Below are positions 47,542-57,800 of a stretch of 64,000 bases of DNA, piece by piece (positions within the stretch are counted from its first letter, which is position 1; each line of letters begins with the position of its first letter). The DNA lies in the NCBI GenBank assembly GCA_030425385.1, contig JAUIAH010000012.1, positions 1-64,000 on the forward strand, given 5' to 3'. The translations under genes were made by a program, and so were the position numbers. The DNA comes from Verrucomicrobiia bacterium (GTDB lineage: Bacteria; Verrucomicrobiota; Verrucomicrobiia; Verrucomicrobiales; DEV007). A model generated the notes under the pieces. That model was given only the letters and a program-made list of their open reading frames with translations. It had not been told where the DNA came from and searched no databases.

Positions 47542-48333
47542 ATGAAACGACCTGTCATTCTCCTCGGTCTCGCCGTGACTGCGTTCGGCGGGGTGCTCCT
47601 TGCGCAGGAATCCCCTGAAGACGTGCGCGAATTTCGCAGTAAGAGTGGCACGCGGATGAAAGCTATGGTGGTGGGAATCGATCCCTCAGGGAAAGTGCTC
47701 TTGCAGCGCTACGCGCCATCGGCGGTCTCACTGAAGAGCCTTAGTCCAGAGGATCAGGCTTATGTGAGGGAGTGGCAGGAACGGCATGCCAAGGAGCAGG
47801 AATTCATCCGCGATGGCTGGTTGAATGAACGCTACCGCGATCCTGGTATCACGATTCTCAAGGGCACCATGCGTACTTTGGAAGATGGAAAGTGGAAGCC
47901 TTACGAGCCTGCTAATGTCGAGAATCTGCGTTACGTAGCCTACTATTTTACGAAGGAATGGGAAGAGGATCGCTTCATCAAATCGGTATCTGACACCTAC
48001 AAGAAATTGCGCAAACGTTATGATACGGTCGAGGTCGTCTACCTGACGCTGGGCAAGTCGGACGAGGCGGTGCGCACTTACATTGAGGAGAAAGACGTTG
48101 AGTTTCCCGTGTTAGATCCTTCAGCTAGTGGTCTCTTGCGCACGGATGCGGTGGGGGCCCTATTCAAGGGGACCTACCCGCAACTGGTGGTCGTGGATCG
48201 CCAAGGCAATGTGAAAGCAGATTCCTTCGTGGGAAAGAACGAGGCTTCGACATTCTCGGAAACCTTGGAGGCCTTTGAGAAGCTTGCCCGAGACGCCGCT
48301 CGCGAGCAGAAGGCGACGACAGAGAACCCTTGA
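47542..48333 (+). CDS. Secreted hypothetical protein (possible thioredoxin-like region)
   Basis: Signal peptide MKRPVILLGLAVTAFGGVLLAQ; no catalytic CxxC seen. Confidence 0.4.
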   Translation: MKRPVILLGLAVTAFGGVLLAQESPEDVREFRSKSGTRMKAMVVGIDPSGKVLLQRYAPSAVSLKSLSPEDQAYVREWQERHAKEQEFIRDGWLNERYRDPGITILKGTMRTLEDGKWKPYEPANVENLRYVAYYFTKEWEEDRFIKSVSDTYKKLRKRYDTVEVVYLTLGKSDEAVRTYIEEKDVEFPVLDPSASGLLRTDAVGALFKGTYPQLVVVDRQGNVKADSFVGKNEASTFSETLEAFEKLARDAAREQKATTENP

Positions 48334-48369
48334 AAGGTCCGCTGATCCTTGCATTCATAGCCACCTATC

Positions 48370-48894
48370 ATGAGCACCCTTGCACCCGAACTCCACCAGC
48401 TGATCAATCAGCAGATCAATGAGGAAATGTCAGCCTCCTACAGTTACCTCGCCATGTCCGCATGGTTTGAGGATACGCCTTATGGTGGATTTGCGCAGTG
48501 GATGCTAGCGCAGAGCCAAGAAGAGACTGTGCATGCGATGAAGTTCTATCACTTTCTTGTCGATCGAGGAGCCACCGTGAAGCTGGCGGCTCTGAAAGCT
48601 CCTGACCAGGCGTATACGAGTCCGCTCGAAGTCTTCGAGACGAGTCTGAAACAGGAGCAGCACGTGACCCAGTGTATCCATAGGCTCTACGAAGCTGCTC
48701 AGGAGCATCGGGATTATGAAAGCAAGAATCTGCTGAATTGGTTTCTCGATGAGCAGGTTGAAGAGGAGAAAGCCGTGCAAGACATGATCGATCGCTTGCG
48801 ATTGGTGGGGGACAACCCTGTTGGCCTTCTGCAATTGGACCAGGAAGCGGGGCAGCGCAAGCCTCTCGCGCCGACAGGCGAGGAGACGGCATGA
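48370..48894 (+). CDS. Ferritin (non-heme ferritin-like diiron protein)
   Basis: Ferritin helix blocks INEEMSASYSYLAMSAWFE and QEETVHAMKFYHFLVDRG with conserved Glu/His ferroxidase ligands; 174 aa. Confidence 0.85.
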   Translation: MSTLAPELHQLINQQINEEMSASYSYLAMSAWFEDTPYGGFAQWMLAQSQEETVHAMKFYHFLVDRGATVKLAALKAPDQAYTSPLEVFETSLKQEQHVTQCIHRLYEAAQEHRDYESKNLLNWFLDEQVEEEKAVQDMIDRLRLVGDNPVGLLQLDQEAGQRKPLAPTGEETA

Positions 48895-51863
48895 GGCATT
48901 GCCTCGTGGTCACCCTCTGCGCGACGGCTTTGCTAGCCTTGTCGTGCGTGGCGGACGATTATGTTCCGAGGAACACGCAGCGCGCAGGTGAGGAGCCGCC
49001 GTCCCCTGTCGAGGCACTCTATCAATTGTCCCTCCCACCGGGATTTGAAGCGACTCTCTTTGCCCACGAGCCAGCCGTTCGTCAACCCATCGCCATGACG
49101 CTCGATTCCCGTGGTCGGCTTTGGGTGGTCGAAAGTTATTCCTATGAAGAATGGGAAGAGCGGGGCGAAGACCGCATCGTCATTCTCGAAGATATCGACC
49201 AGGATGGGCGTCATGACAAACGGACAGTATTCTATGATCGCGGGAAACACTTTGCCGGCATAGCGCTGGGTCTTGGGGGCGTTTGGGTGGCGGATGCTCC
49301 TAACATACTCTTTATTCCTGATAAAGATCGCAATGACGTGCCTGATGGGCCGCCTGAGGTGGTGTTGACGGGGTGGACCACGGAGGCAGAGCACAACATG
49401 GTGAATGGCCTTTGCTGGGGCCCTGACGGTTGGCTCTATGGACGCCATGGTGTCCTCGCGTGGTCGAACGTGGGGCGCCCGGAGACGCCAATCGACCAAC
49501 GTGAGGAGGTGAACTGCGGGATTTGGCGCTATCACCCTGGGACGAAAGTTTTCGAACACGTGGTGCGTGGGTCGACCAATCCTTGGGGCTTGGATTGGGA
49601 TGCAGAGGGTGAACTTTTCATGTCGGGAAACGTCAATGGCCATCTTTGGCATGTCATCCCGGGTGCCTACCTGGAACGGATGCATCCGACCACGCGCACG
49701 CCCTATGTATACGAACGTCTTACCATGTTCGCGGAGGCCCCGCACTACGCGGCGACTTCCCATTGGAAGCGCGACTGGAATCGTGGTCAGATCGGACGTG
49801 ACGGTGAAAGCGCTCTTGGAGGCGGCCACTCGCATTGTGGGGCCATGATCTACCTGGGAGATCAGTGGCCCGAGGATTACCGTGGGAAGCTCTTCATGTG
49901 CAACACGCATGGGAGACGTGTCAATATTGATGTGTTAGAAAGGAAGGGGAGTTCTTTCCGCGGCCGATACGAGGGCGATTTCCTCCTGGCGAATCAATCG
50001 TGGTTCCGGGGTGTGTCGCTTCTCTATGGGCCCGACGGTTCCGTGTATGTGTCAGACTGGACCGATGACGGAGAGTGTCACGATGCCGATGGAGTGCATC
50101 GCACGAGCGGGCGCATCTTTCAAATTAGGTATGGGAAACCACGTTCGTGGAAGGGGGATCTTCAGGCTCTTCGAGACGAGGATTTGCTGGGTTTGTTAGA
50201 CCATCGCAACCGTTGGTTTCCCCGTCAAGCGCGACGCGTGCTACAGCAACGGGCGATGTCGGATCGCTTGGAAGACGGCACGCCAGCGCGTATCCGGGAG
50301 CGGTGTTCCAGCGATGATGCAAATCGTCGACTGCAGGCTATCTGGGCAGCCCACGTCACCCAGTGCCTTGACGAATCGATGCTCCTCGCGCTCACGCACG
50401 ATCCGAGCGAAGCCATTCGCGCCTGGGCGGTGCGTCTGCTGGCCGATCATACGGAGCCTAGCGCAATTGCGAAGGCACGCTTGGAAGCGATGGCCTTGAA
50501 GGACGACTCCGCGCGTGTGCGTCTCTACCTGGCTTCGGTTGCCCAGCGCGTGGGTGCCCCGACGACCTTGCTCTTGGGGCTCGCCTCACGCGGCGATGAT
50601 CATGAGGATCCCGTGCTGCAGAGAATGTTATGGTATGCGCTAGAGCCAGCCCTGGCAGATGCCCCCAATTTGATCGCTCCGTTGGCTCGGAGCGCCTCGC
50701 CATTCCTCGTTCGGCTGGCTGCTCGCCGCTTGATGGAGGCCGATCTGATAGAGCTAGGCGGCCGGGAGGCATTGGGAGCTGCCTTGGCGGCGGGATCTGC
50801 CACCGAGGCCTTGCTCGAAGGCACATTGACCACGCTTCGCAAGTTGGACAATCCTGAGCTGCCAGCCGGCTGGGAGGCGATGTTAGCCCCGTTACGCGAT
50901 CACGAGGATACGACGATTCAGGGAATGGCGGCGGAACTTGCTGTCCGTTTCCGCCACGGGCCGACGCTGGACGCATTCCTTTCGATGGTGGCCTCCCAAG
51001 CCACGCCGATGCAGGAGCGGCTCTCCAAATGGGAAGCGCTTCTGGCTGTTCCCAACGCGGAGGTGGATGCCATGGCGGCAAGCGTTCTTCGCGAAGGTCC
51101 AGAGGTGCTCAGACGAGCACTCCTGCCTCATTTGCCTCAGCGCGCTATTCCAGATTGGTCGGAGTGGGTGGTCTCCCATTGGGAAACACTGAGCGGCGAC
51201 GAGCAGGCTGTCGCGGCGAATGTGCTTTGCGCTCACGTGGACACCTGTCGCCTGTTGCTCGAAGCCATCGGCGCGCAGCGCGTTCCTCGTGCGGCCCTCT
51301 CGGCCACCCATGCCCAGCAGATTGGCGCCATGAAAGACGATGATCTGAACGCTCTGTTAGAAGAACATTGGGGAAGCGTTCGCCATTCCAGTGTCGAGAA
51401 TGAAGCAGCGATTCAACGCTATCGGGACCTCATCCGCACGGCGACTCGTGAGGCGGATCATCAGCGAGGACGCGTGTTGTTCCAACAGAACTGTGCGGCG
51501 TGTCATCAACTCTTTGGGGAAGGGGGAACGCTGGGGCCTGACCTCACGGGATCTGATCGGGGAAACCTCGACTACCTCTTACAGAATATCATTGATCCCA
51601 GTGCCAGTGTCGCTGCGGATTATCGTCTCACCATCGCGACAGGGAAAGGCGGGAGGGTGCTCAGTGGGGCGCTTCTAGAACGCGACCGAGCAAGTCTCAC
51701 GATACGAACATTGATAGGAGAAGAGCGAATGGCCCGCAGCCAGTTGGCAAACATGCGCACCCTCAAGACCTCCCTCATGCCTGAAGGCATTCTCCAATCG
51801 TTGGCTGACAACGACGTCCTCGACCTCATCGCTTACTTGCGCCACCGCGCGGCGGCTCCCTAG
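48891..51863 (+). CDS. PVC-type multidomain protein: membrane-bound dehydrogenase-like beta-propeller + HEAT repeats + C-terminal Pirellula/Verrucomicrobium-type heme-binding (cytochrome c) domain
   Basis: Signal peptide; propeller block RGRLWVVESY...DRIVILEDIDQDGRHDKRTVF; CAACHQLFGEGGTLGPDLTGS heme-binding motif near the C-terminus. Start overlaps the ferritin stop (ATGA). Confidence 0.8.
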   Translation: MRHCLVVTLCATALLALSCVADDYVPRNTQRAGEEPPSPVEALYQLSLPPGFEATLFAHEPAVRQPIAMTLDSRGRLWVVESYSYEEWEERGEDRIVILEDIDQDGRHDKRTVFYDRGKHFAGIALGLGGVWVADAPNILFIPDKDRNDVPDGPPEVVLTGWTTEAEHNMVNGLCWGPDGWLYGRHGVLAWSNVGRPETPIDQREEVNCGIWRYHPGTKVFEHVVRGSTNPWGLDWDAEGELFMSGNVNGHLWHVIPGAYLERMHPTTRTPYVYERLTMFAEAPHYAATSHWKRDWNRGQIGRDGESALGGGHSHCGAMIYLGDQWPEDYRGKLFMCNTHGRRVNIDVLERKGSSFRGRYEGDFLLANQSWFRGVSLLYGPDGSVYVSDWTDDGECHDADGVHRTSGRIFQIRYGKPRSWKGDLQALRDEDLLGLLDHRNRWFPRQARRVLQQRAMSDRLEDGTPARIRERCSSDDANRRLQAIWAAHVTQCLDESMLLALTHDPSEAIRAWAVRLLADHTEPSAIAKARLEAMALKDDSARVRLYLASVAQRVGAPTTLLLGLASRGDDHEDPVLQRMLWYALEPALADAPNLIAPLARSASPFLVRLAARRLMEADLIELGGREALGAALAAGSATEALLEGTLTTLRKLDNPELPAGWEAMLAPLRDHEDTTIQGMAAELAVRFRHGPTLDAFLSMVASQATPMQERLSKWEALLAVPNAEVDAMAASVLREGPEVLRRALLPHLPQRAIPDWSEWVVSHWETLSGDEQAVAANVLCAHVDTCRLLLEAIGAQRVPRAALSATHAQQIGAMKDDDLNALLEEHWGSVRHSSVENEAAIQRYRDLIRTATREADHQRGRVLFQQNCAACHQLFGEGGTLGPDLTGSDRGNLDYLLQNIIDPSASVAADYRLTIATGKGGRVLSGALLERDRASLTIRTLIGEERMARSQLANMRTLKTSLMPEGILQSLADNDVLDLIAYLRHRAAAP

Positions 51864-51864
51864 C

Positions 51865-52557
51865 ATGCGCATTGATATCATCACGATCTTTCCCGAGATG
51901 TGCCGGGCACCCCTTTCGGAGAGCATCATGCAGCGTGCACAAGACAAGGGTATCCTCGAACTGCATCTCCATGATTTGCGCGCCTTCACAACAGACAAGC
52001 ATCGCAAAGTGGACGATGAACCCTATGGCGGCGGTCAGGGCATGGTGATGAAGCCCGAGCCTTTCTTTGCCGCCGTGGACGCTATTCGCGTGGCCACGAT
52101 GCCTTCCGAAGTCCTTCTCATGACGCCGCAGGGGAGGCGATTTGACCAAGCGCTAGCAGAGGAACTTGCCGCCGAGCCTGACAAACAGCTTATCTTGCTT
52201 TGTGGGCATTATGAGGGGGTGGATCACCGCGTGGTGGAAGCATTGGTGGATCGGGAACTCTCGATCGGAGATTATGTTCTCACCAATGGAACGTTGGCGG
52301 CTGCGGTCGTGACTGATGCGATTGTGCGACTCCTTCCGGGAGTGCTCGGGGACGACCGATCTGCTTGGCAAGAATCATTCAGCGACGGTCTGTTGGAAGC
52401 ACCGCATTACACGCGTCCACCGCGTTTCCGCGACTTAGAAGTGCCTGAGGTGCTTTTGTCAGGGCATCACGGCAGGATCGAGGCCTGGCGGGAGGCGGAA
52501 GGGCGACGGCGGACCTTGGCCAACCGACCGGATCTGTTAGAGAGGGGGGATGCCTAG
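51865..52557 (+). CDS. trmD: tRNA (guanine37-N1)-methyltransferase
   Basis: MRIDIITIFPEM N-terminus and SPOUT-class TrmD motifs (LLCGHYEGVDHRV, SIGDYVLTNG). Confidence 0.9.
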   Translation: MRIDIITIFPEMCRAPLSESIMQRAQDKGILELHLHDLRAFTTDKHRKVDDEPYGGGQGMVMKPEPFFAAVDAIRVATMPSEVLLMTPQGRRFDQALAEELAAEPDKQLILLCGHYEGVDHRVVEALVDRELSIGDYVLTNGTLAAAVVTDAIVRLLPGVLGDDRSAWQESFSDGLLEAPHYTRPPRFRDLEVPEVLLSGHHGRIEAWREAEGRRRTLANRPDLLERGDA

Positions 52558-52560
52558 GCC

Positions 52561-53817
52561 ATGGCTTTCGATGCCTCGAAAGGATTGCCAACCGGCGAAC
52601 CCCGCCGGGTAGCCGTCACTGGGGCAGGCATTGTCACTGCACACGGTCTCGGTTGGGAGGCCAATGCGGAAGCCTTCCGACGCGGCCAATCGTCCCTCAG
52701 CACGATCAGTCTCTTTGACACCTCGAAACAGCGCACCTCACAAGGTGGCGAAGTGACCTTGCCGGAAGTGATCGATGCACGTCAACTGACAGGACGTCAG
52801 CGCGGTCGTCTCGACCGCGCCTCGCGTCTGCTGATGCATGCGGGCTATGAAGCGTGGGATCAGGCGGGGTGGGGTGAGGCGGAGCGTTCGCTGCAGCCGC
52901 CGATCATCATGGGCACGTCTGCGGGGGGCATGGCTCTGGGCGAGGCCTACTATCGGCAAGCGTGTCAGGAGGATCGGCGACGGCATCGCCAAGCTACCCG
53001 AGTCGCGCTCTATCAGCCCCAGAGCCAGGTGTTGCATCTTTGTCAGGCGCTTGGAGTGGCGGGTCCGATTCGGATTGTGAGCAATGCCTGCGCTTCCGGA
53101 GCGGACGCCATTGGGCATGCCTTTCATCTCATCCGTCACGGGCTGGCCGAGATCGCGATGGCTGGTGGCTATGACGCGCTGTGCCAACTCGTCTTCGCTG
53201 GCTTTGATTCCCTTCAGGCGTTGTCGACTACCATACCTCGTCCGTTTGATGCGCATCGTGATGGCCTCGCCTTGGGCGAGGGAGCTGGCGTGGTGATGTT
53301 AGAATCCTGGGAGCGCGCGCAGCAACGGGGAGCCACCATTCTCGGTGAAGTGGGTGGCTACGGCAATGCCACGGATATCCATCACCTCACCCAGCCACAC
53401 CCAGAGGGCGTCGCCGCGCGCGCCAGCATGGAGGCGGCCTGTGCTGAGGCGGGAGTGGGTCCGGCTGAGATCGACTATATCAATGCGCATGGCACGGGGA
53501 CACCACGCAACGACGTGGCAGAGGGGGCCGCGATTCAGTGTTGGGCGGGCTCCCATGTCGAGAACGTTTGTGTGAGTTCGATCAAAGGAGGCACCGGCCA
53601 TTTGTTAGGTGGCGCGGGCTCGGTAGAGGCCGTTCTCTGTCTCATGTGTTTGCGAGAGCAATGGCTCCCACCCTCGCTGAACGTCGAGACGCCTGATGCC
53701 GTCTGCACTTTCGATCTCGTGCGCGCGCCTCGAGATGCCAAGCTCACGCACGTCCTCACGAATTCATTCGGATTTGGAGGGTCAAACGCCACCCTTGTCC
53801 TGCGCCGCGCGGTCTGA
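52561..53817 (+). CDS. fabF: Beta-ketoacyl-[ACP] synthase II-like ketosynthase (active-site Cys present)
   Basis: Cys in VSNACASGADAIGHAF and the His-His dyad in INAHGTGT and SIKGGTGHLLGGAG. Symbol fabF is by family resemblance only. Confidence 0.75.
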   Translation: MAFDASKGLPTGEPRRVAVTGAGIVTAHGLGWEANAEAFRRGQSSLSTISLFDTSKQRTSQGGEVTLPEVIDARQLTGRQRGRLDRASRLLMHAGYEAWDQAGWGEAERSLQPPIIMGTSAGGMALGEAYYRQACQEDRRRHRQATRVALYQPQSQVLHLCQALGVAGPIRIVSNACASGADAIGHAFHLIRHGLAEIAMAGGYDALCQLVFAGFDSLQALSTTIPRPFDAHRDGLALGEGAGVVMLESWERAQQRGATILGEVGGYGNATDIHHLTQPHPEGVAARASMEAACAEAGVGPAEIDYINAHGTGTPRNDVAEGAAIQCWAGSHVENVCVSSIKGGTGHLLGGAGSVEAVLCLMCLREQWLPPSLNVETPDAVCTFDLVRAPRDAKLTHVLTNSFGFGGSNATLVLRRAV

Positions 53818-54788
53818 TGACGTCGACACCTTCCATCGTCATTGCTGGACTTGGAGCGGTCTCCGCGGCGGGCTGGGGCGTGCCTGCCTTGCGAGAGGGG
53901 CTTCGAGCACACGCGCCTCTCTCCTGTGTGGAAGGGCCCCGTCAGCGTGGCCGCATGCGTCCGGTGCCGAAGCCGGACGCGCCTCTAGCATTCATGCGTC
54001 ATGTGCGCTTGCGCCGCTGCAGCCCAGTCACGCGCTACGCCACCGCTGCTTCACTGGAAGCCGTGGGCGAGGAGCGTGCGGCGGCGATCAAGGAAGGGGA
54101 GTATCAACTTGGCATTCTCTTCACGTTCATGAATGGCTGCGTGAATTATAGCAATCGCTTCTACGGTGAGGTGCTCGCCGATCCCAGTCTGGCCAGTCCC
54201 ATCCTCTTTCCGGAAACCGTGTTCAACGCGCCTGCATCGCACCTCGCGGCGATGTTAGGGTCGCGCGCCACGGCATTCACTCTTGTCGGAGATTCGGCGC
54301 AGTATCTCGGTGCGGTAGAATTGGCGCTCTCGTGGTTGGGAGGGGACGGCTATGACGGTGTCCTCGTCGTTGGTGCAGAAGAACTGGATTGGCTCAGCAC
54401 GGAGGCTGCCACGCTCTTCCAACGCAACGCTGTTGTCAGTGAAGGTGCCGGCGCGCTCTTGCTCGAGAAGAATGGTGAAGCGGCTGGTCATTCGGTGATC
54501 GAGCGTATCAGCCCCACACTCACCTACCACCGGGGACGGTCTCGATGCCAAGCCATGGCTGACTTGCGCACGCATCTCTCGCCTGTGGATCGGTCTGTTT
54601 GTCAGGACTCTCTCACACCCATTCTGGGCGATGCCATGGGGGCGTCATTGGCGCTTCAGTGCGTGCACGCGTGTGATTTGTTAGAACAGAGGGAGTGCCA
54701 ACGCATCAATGTGCTACATGCGGGCGGTAATCAGCAGGCCATCGGGGCGCGTTTCGCGCTGACGCTAGGAGCGGCCCGAGAGTCGTGA
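53817..54788 (+). CDS. Ketosynthase-like partner protein with active-site Cys replaced by Gln (chain-length-factor-like KS-beta)
   Basis: KS N-terminal-like fold with VGDSAQYLGAVELA where KS enzymes have T-A-C-S. Start overlaps the upstream KAS stop by 1 nt (TGATG). Confidence 0.55.
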   Translation: MTSTPSIVIAGLGAVSAAGWGVPALREGLRAHAPLSCVEGPRQRGRMRPVPKPDAPLAFMRHVRLRRCSPVTRYATAASLEAVGEERAAAIKEGEYQLGILFTFMNGCVNYSNRFYGEVLADPSLASPILFPETVFNAPASHLAAMLGSRATAFTLVGDSAQYLGAVELALSWLGGDGYDGVLVVGAEELDWLSTEAATLFQRNAVVSEGAGALLLEKNGEAAGHSVIERISPTLTYHRGRSRCQAMADLRTHLSPVDRSVCQDSLTPILGDAMGASLALQCVHACDLLEQRECQRINVLHAGGNQQAIGARFALTLGAARES

Positions 54789-54835
54789 GCGCGCGCGGTT
54801 CCTGATGGGAAAGTGCTCGTCAACCAGATGAGAGT

Positions 54836-57800
54836 CTAGTGCCCGGCGGGGCCGATTTCGGCAAGCTCCTTGTTGGAGGGGCTATCGTCGTGGGTGAGCT
54901 TCATGCCTACAGGCTTGCTGACGCCGAATTCTTGCATGGTGACTCCATACATGACATCAGCCCGGTTCATGGTGCGTTTGCTATGGGTGATGATGACAAA
55001 TTGGCTCTGGTTGATGAAGCGGTCGAGCATCTTGACGAAGCGCGAGATGTTGGCTTCATCCAAGGGGGCATCCAATTCGTCGAGCACGCAGAATGGCGAG
55101 GGCTTGACCATGTAGATGGCAAAGAGCAAGGCCACGGCAGTCATGGAGCGCTCTCCCCCGGAGAGGAGGCTGATGGTCTGCAGCTTCTTGCCGGGCGGCT
55201 TGGCGATGATGTCGATCCCGCTTTCGAGCGGGTCGTCTTCGTCTAACAAGATCAAATCAGCCTTTCCTGATTCGCCGAAGAGTTCTTTGAACATCTTCTT
55301 AAAGTTCTCGCGGACCTGTTGGAAGGTCTCGGCAAATTGCTTGCGAGACTCTGTGTTGATCTTGGTGAGAACGCGTAGCAGTTCTTCCTTCGAATTGGTG
55401 AGGTCCGCGTGCTGTTCGTTGAGGAATTGCAAGCGCTCCTCAGTCTCTTCGAACTCCTTGATCGCGTCGAGATTGACGGGGCCCATGGAGTCAAGCTTGC
55501 GGCGCATTTCTTTCACCGATGCCTCAATGAACCCCCAATCGGGCTCAGCAGGCTCTTCGAGTCCGGTCTCCAGCGTCGCCTCATGGTCCTCTTCGGCGGT
55601 GCTCTCGGATTCTGTTTCCTCAATCCGATTGGTGCGTGCGCGCCGATTGCGCGCTTTCTGCGACTCTAACGCAAGCAGCAACTGATGCGCATCGGGGCGG
55701 AAGTGTTCAATCTCCACCTGGTAGCGTTCGGTGATGGACGTGGTGATGCTTTCCACACGGAGATCGAGCTGAGTGGTGCGCACTTCCTCGCGGCCGCGTT
55801 GTTCTTGCAAAGCGCTCCGCTCTTGATTCTTACGCGCTAACAAATCTTCCAACTCCCGCACTTCTTGCTGGGCCACCTTTCGATTCTCCGACGACTCTAA
55901 CAGTTGAGCCTCGACTTGAGAAACCTCTTCCTGACTGGATGTGACCACTTGATTCAGCTCCGCATCCTCTTGCTCGATCGCTTGCAAGCGTTCGCGGTGG
56001 CTGGCGATCTCGGACTCGTGGCGTTTGCGGACGTCTGCCAATTCCTCAAGACGTCCGGCCATGGGATTGCGTTGCTCGCGCAAGGCTTGCTCCGCCTGTT
56101 GCTCCAGGGCGAGCGCCGTGCGCAAAGCGTTGACGCGTTCAGCGGACGTGGCTTCCTCCTCGCTCAGCGCTTGCAGGTCCGATTCGGCTTGGTTCAGCGC
56201 TTGCTGCGTGGACTCCATCGCTTGCGCTTTCTCATCGCGCTCCGTCTCCATCCTAGCGAGGTCGGCGGCAGCTGATTCCTGACGCTTGGTCAGCTCCTGC
56301 TTCTCGCGATCCAGTTTGCCCTCACGTCCAGCCACGCGTTGCAGCTCCATGGTGGCCAGCCGTTTCTGGTCCTCCATGCGGGAACGATTCAGTTTGTGTT
56401 GCTGATGGGTCTCTTGCAGCTCTTCCCGTTCCGTTTGCTTGGACAACAACGCTTCTTCCAGACGATTGAGTTCTGCTTGCGCGGCCTCGTGCTCGTTCTC
56501 CTGAGTCGCGAGAGTCTCTTTCAATTTCTCGATCTCAGCTTGCTTTTGGAGAATGGAGTCTTTCGCCTGGCCCGTGGCTCCACCGTGGAGGACGCCGGAC
56601 TCGGAAACGGATTCTCCTTTCAGAGTCACAAAAGCGGTGCCGGGATGCTGTTGTTGCAGGACGCGAGCTCTCGCAATGTTCTCAACAATGAAGACATGAC
56701 CGAGCGCGGCCTGGATGAAGGCCTCGGCTTTGCCTTTCACTTTCACGACATCAAGGACTGGGGTGACGCCCTCTTCCGACACCGATGGCTTCGCGCTTGC
56801 CACCGGCGCCGGAAGGTCTTCCGGGAGGATTGAGGCATATCCCAACTGCTTCTCAGCTAACCGGTCGACCATCGCTTCAGCCACGGTGCCATTGTGCACC
56901 AGGACCGTCTGCAGATGATCGCGAAGCGCAGCCTCAACCGCCGTCATGTAGGCTTCATCCGTGACGTTGATCAAAGAACCCAGCACCCCACGCACCGAGT
57001 TCTTGAACGTCTCCGGATCGTCCAGCCCTTTGAGAAGGTTCTGCGTTCCCTTCTCGAAACCTTCACCCTGCTCCACCCAACGCTGCACGACTTCCAGACG
57101 CGAGCGGGTGCCACTCATGGCACGCTCCACCTCACGCAAGCGTGTGCGTTTCTCGTCCTGCTCGGCGCGCAGATCACGTAACTGCTGCTCCAGTGCCTGA
57201 CGTTCCCCCTCACAGGATTCTAACGCCTTGATCTCCTCCGCAATGGATGCTTCCAATTGCTCAGATTCCTCCTGGAACTGCTGGCGTTCCCCCTGCAAAT
57301 GCCGGACCTCTTCCTCGAGCACTGCCATCCGTTGCCCGTCGGCTTCTTTCTGTGCGGCTTTGCTAGTGAGTGATGCTTCGAGCCCAGCTAACTGCGAGGT
57401 GAGTTGTTGGCGCTTGCTCTGCGCTTGCTGGAGGCGCTGTTGGATCTCGCCGCGTCGTTGGCGCACTGTCCGATCGGATTCTTCTGCTTGAGCGAGTTCA
57501 GATCGTTGGGTGTCTAACTTTGTCACCAGGAGCGTGAGGTTCTCCTCTGCCTGGGCAAGGGCGTTCTCCTGCTCGGCCAGCTTGTTGACCGTTTCCTGGA
57601 TCGCGACCTCGTTCTGGTCCACATAGCGGTGCAGTTCTTCCGTCCGCTCTTTGTTGAAGCCTAACCGTCCCTGACTGTTCTGGATTCGGCTGCGAAGCGT
57701 CATCTGCTGTTGGGAGAGTTCGTGGAACTCCGCCTCCAACCGTTCCAATTCTTCCCTGCGAGCGCTCAAGTCGCCACTGCGATTCTCGATCGTCGTGCGG

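Noticed and set aside
52561-54788. KS/CLF pair considered as the core of a complete polyketide/aryl-polyene biosynthetic gene cluster
   Set aside because: No ACP, ketoreductase, dehydratase, acyltransferase or transporter genes adjacent; flanked by trmD and smc. Retained only as an orphan KS/KS-beta pair.
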